Shown piece after piece: positions 62,386 through 64,000 of a stretch of 64,000 bases of DNA (the first letter of the stretch is position 1; each line of letters begins with the position of its first letter). The position numbers and the translations under genes were made by a program. Below the pieces are notes generated by a model. That model ran no database searches, was not told the origin of the DNA, and was given only the letters and a program-made list of their open reading frames with translations. Source of the DNA: Zancudomyces culisetae HAW-14-8 (lineage: Eukaryota > Fungi > Kickxellomycota). The stretch covers positions 372,001 through 436,000 of the forward strand of contig JBNJNM010000023.1 in assembly GCA_052426225.1 (NCBI GenBank). The letters are read 5' to 3'.

Positions 62386-64000
62386 ATGATTAATACAAAC
62401 TCTAAAAGTGAAAATTCTTCCAGTAGTGGAGGCAAACGGAAGAGATCAAAACTACACACAGATGATGCCCACAGAAAACACACAATAAAGATCAAGTATA
62501 CTGTAAATGGGGAGGCAAAGAAGATGCAAACAAAACAAATCGTGTGTGAAAAGTTTGTGAGCATAAAAGAAAGGATCAATATATTGCGCAAGCAAGTCAA
62601 AAAAAGGATTATCGTTCTCAAGGAAAACATTAACGAGGGCTTTAAAAGTGAAACAACCAACTTGATGACAAAAGTTTGTACTATTGATATGAACATTCAA
62701 AATAGCATTGATAGAGACTCAGAATATATAGTGTTATCAAAACTTTTGCGAGATGTGATAGACGAGCTAATCGATAGGCTTATATACCGCTATCCATTGC
62801 TTGTGAATGTTGTAAGGATTCCTCAATTTATACAGAATATAAAGAATTTTCAAGTCCCAAAACATGTGGTTTACATGCTTTTGCTGGTGGGGTCAACCTT
62901 ATTAAAAAATGATAAGTTTTTTGAAGCATTTACTGAGGAGAAGCGTAAAAGAGCATTAAAAAATGTTACTGAGTATATGGGAACGGTAATCAGTAATCCA
63001 GATTGCTTGAGTATATGGACAATGCTGGTTTTAGCCAAACACTATGCTGCACTTGGAATCCTGTCACAATACACAAAATATGTACACCTAGCAGCCAGCT
63101 TGGCAATTTTAATGAAATTACATAGGGTTGATGAGTATTGTATTAGAACACCCGCTAATCAGAGCGAGGATTTGATAGTGGAAAAAGAACTTAAAAGGCG
63201 TCTTTGGTGGTGCTCATATATTTTTTCCGTATTATTATCTGAAGCAACAGCGGTTCAACCGGCTATACAGCATAAGGACATATTTGTAAACATACCCAGC
63301 AATGATCGTTTATGGCATAATAATTCGGAATTTATACTTCCAACAAACTCGACGAAAAGAGGTGACATGATTCTAAGCAGCCAAGGTGAATTCAAATTTG
63401 ATACATTTGCTTCATATGTGATGCTGTTCAGGGTAAGACATGTAAATGTAACTTTTATAAACCGGAGAGAGATTACAATAGCAAAGGACATGGATAAAGA
63501 CTATCAGCGCTATTTGATAATGTTCACAAACTCTATGCAGTTTCAGGAGAGTGTCGTGGTGAAATTTCACAACGAGTTGAAAAAAATATTGGTATTTGGA
63601 GTACGCAATCCAAATATAGTGAATGTGATGAATATTGAATACTTTATACTACGCTACTGTACATTAATTCTAAACTCCTGTGTAGCCAATCTATACATTA
63701 CCACATCAGAGGTAGCTTACTATAAGAGCGTGGATATCCCCCCAGAGAGGATAAAACTGGCTAAAATAATGCTAATTGAGAACACTATCCGCTTTACAGA
63801 GATATTTTATTGGCTAATGTCAAACTTTTCACTTGATAAGTTTGATGTGGAGCTAAATAGCATGATTTTTTATGTTTTTAAACATCTCATAAACATGGAA
63901 TATGTAAAAGATCTAAGTAGGCTCAACGCAATCATAAATGGAAAAAATGCATTATCTGAATACTTTGAAAGGCTCAAGTTAACCTCATCGTCAGCAAAGA
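62386..64000 (+). CDS. Fungal-specific transcription factor domain (MHR/Fungal_trans) protein, runs off the window end
   Basis: Long open frame from ATG 62386 with NLS-like KRKRSK and A.SLAILMKLHRVD...EKELKRRLWWCSY...VNIP motif. Confidence 0.8.
   Translation, partial: MINTNSKSENSSSSGGKRKRSKLHTDDAHRKHTIKIKYTVNGEAKKMQTKQIVCEKFVSIKERINILRKQVKKRIIVLKENINEGFKSETTNLMTKVCTIDMNIQNSIDRDSEYIVLSKLLRDVIDELIDRLIYRYPLLVNVVRIPQFIQNIKNFQVPKHVVYMLLLVGSTLLKNDKFFEAFTEEKRKRALKNVTEYMGTVISNPDCLSIWTMLVLAKHYAALGILSQYTKYVHLAASLAILMKLHRVDEYCIRTPANQSEDLIVEKELKRRLWWCSYIFSVLLSEATAVQPAIQHKDIFVNIPSNDRLWHNNSEFILPTNSTKRGDMILSSQGEFKFDTFASYVMLFRVRHVNVTFINRREITIAKDMDKDYQRYLIMFTNSMQFQESVVVKFHNELKKILVFGVRNPNIVNVMNIEYFILRYCTLILNSCVANLYITTSEVAYYKSVDIPPERIKLAKIMLIENTIRFTEIFYWLMSNFSLDKFDVELNSMIFYVFKHLINMEYVKDLSRLNAIINGKNALSEYFERLKLTSSSAK

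Overview
AT-rich eukaryotic DNA with short GT-AG introns. Gene content (GH17 glucanase, DASH subunit Dad4, fungal transcription-factor domain) points to a fungus, probably an early-diverging one (inference). The window has four parts. (1) 1-7 kb: a pile of solo LTRs and a decayed Ty3/gypsy pol. (2) 9-36.3 kb: a gene-dense block with no transposon I can recognise (OSBP, RRM protein, GH17, Dad4, mitochondrial mS45, PME-1, NDUFA4-like, kish, RPS21, NIPSNAP, glutaryl-CoA dehydrogenase and orphans). (3) 37-49.4 kb: two divergent tRNA genes, Val-TAC and Ser-AGA. The 12.3 kb between them is a gap-free stack of about 19 TG...CA elements joined mostly by 4-bp target-site duplications copied from the tRNA leaders. 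The unit next to tRNA-Val is an intact Ty3/gypsy with identical LTRs, and the rest look like solo LTRs of many families. (4) 49.4-64 kb: a MITE, a DIRS element broken by a solo LTR and a Tc1, a 7TM receptor with a pseudogene copy, and a fungal transcription factor running off the window end. The main candidate novelty is the tRNA-anchored LTR stack: polarised, orientation-specific and apparently chronological. It includes one LTR family carrying a conserved ORF.
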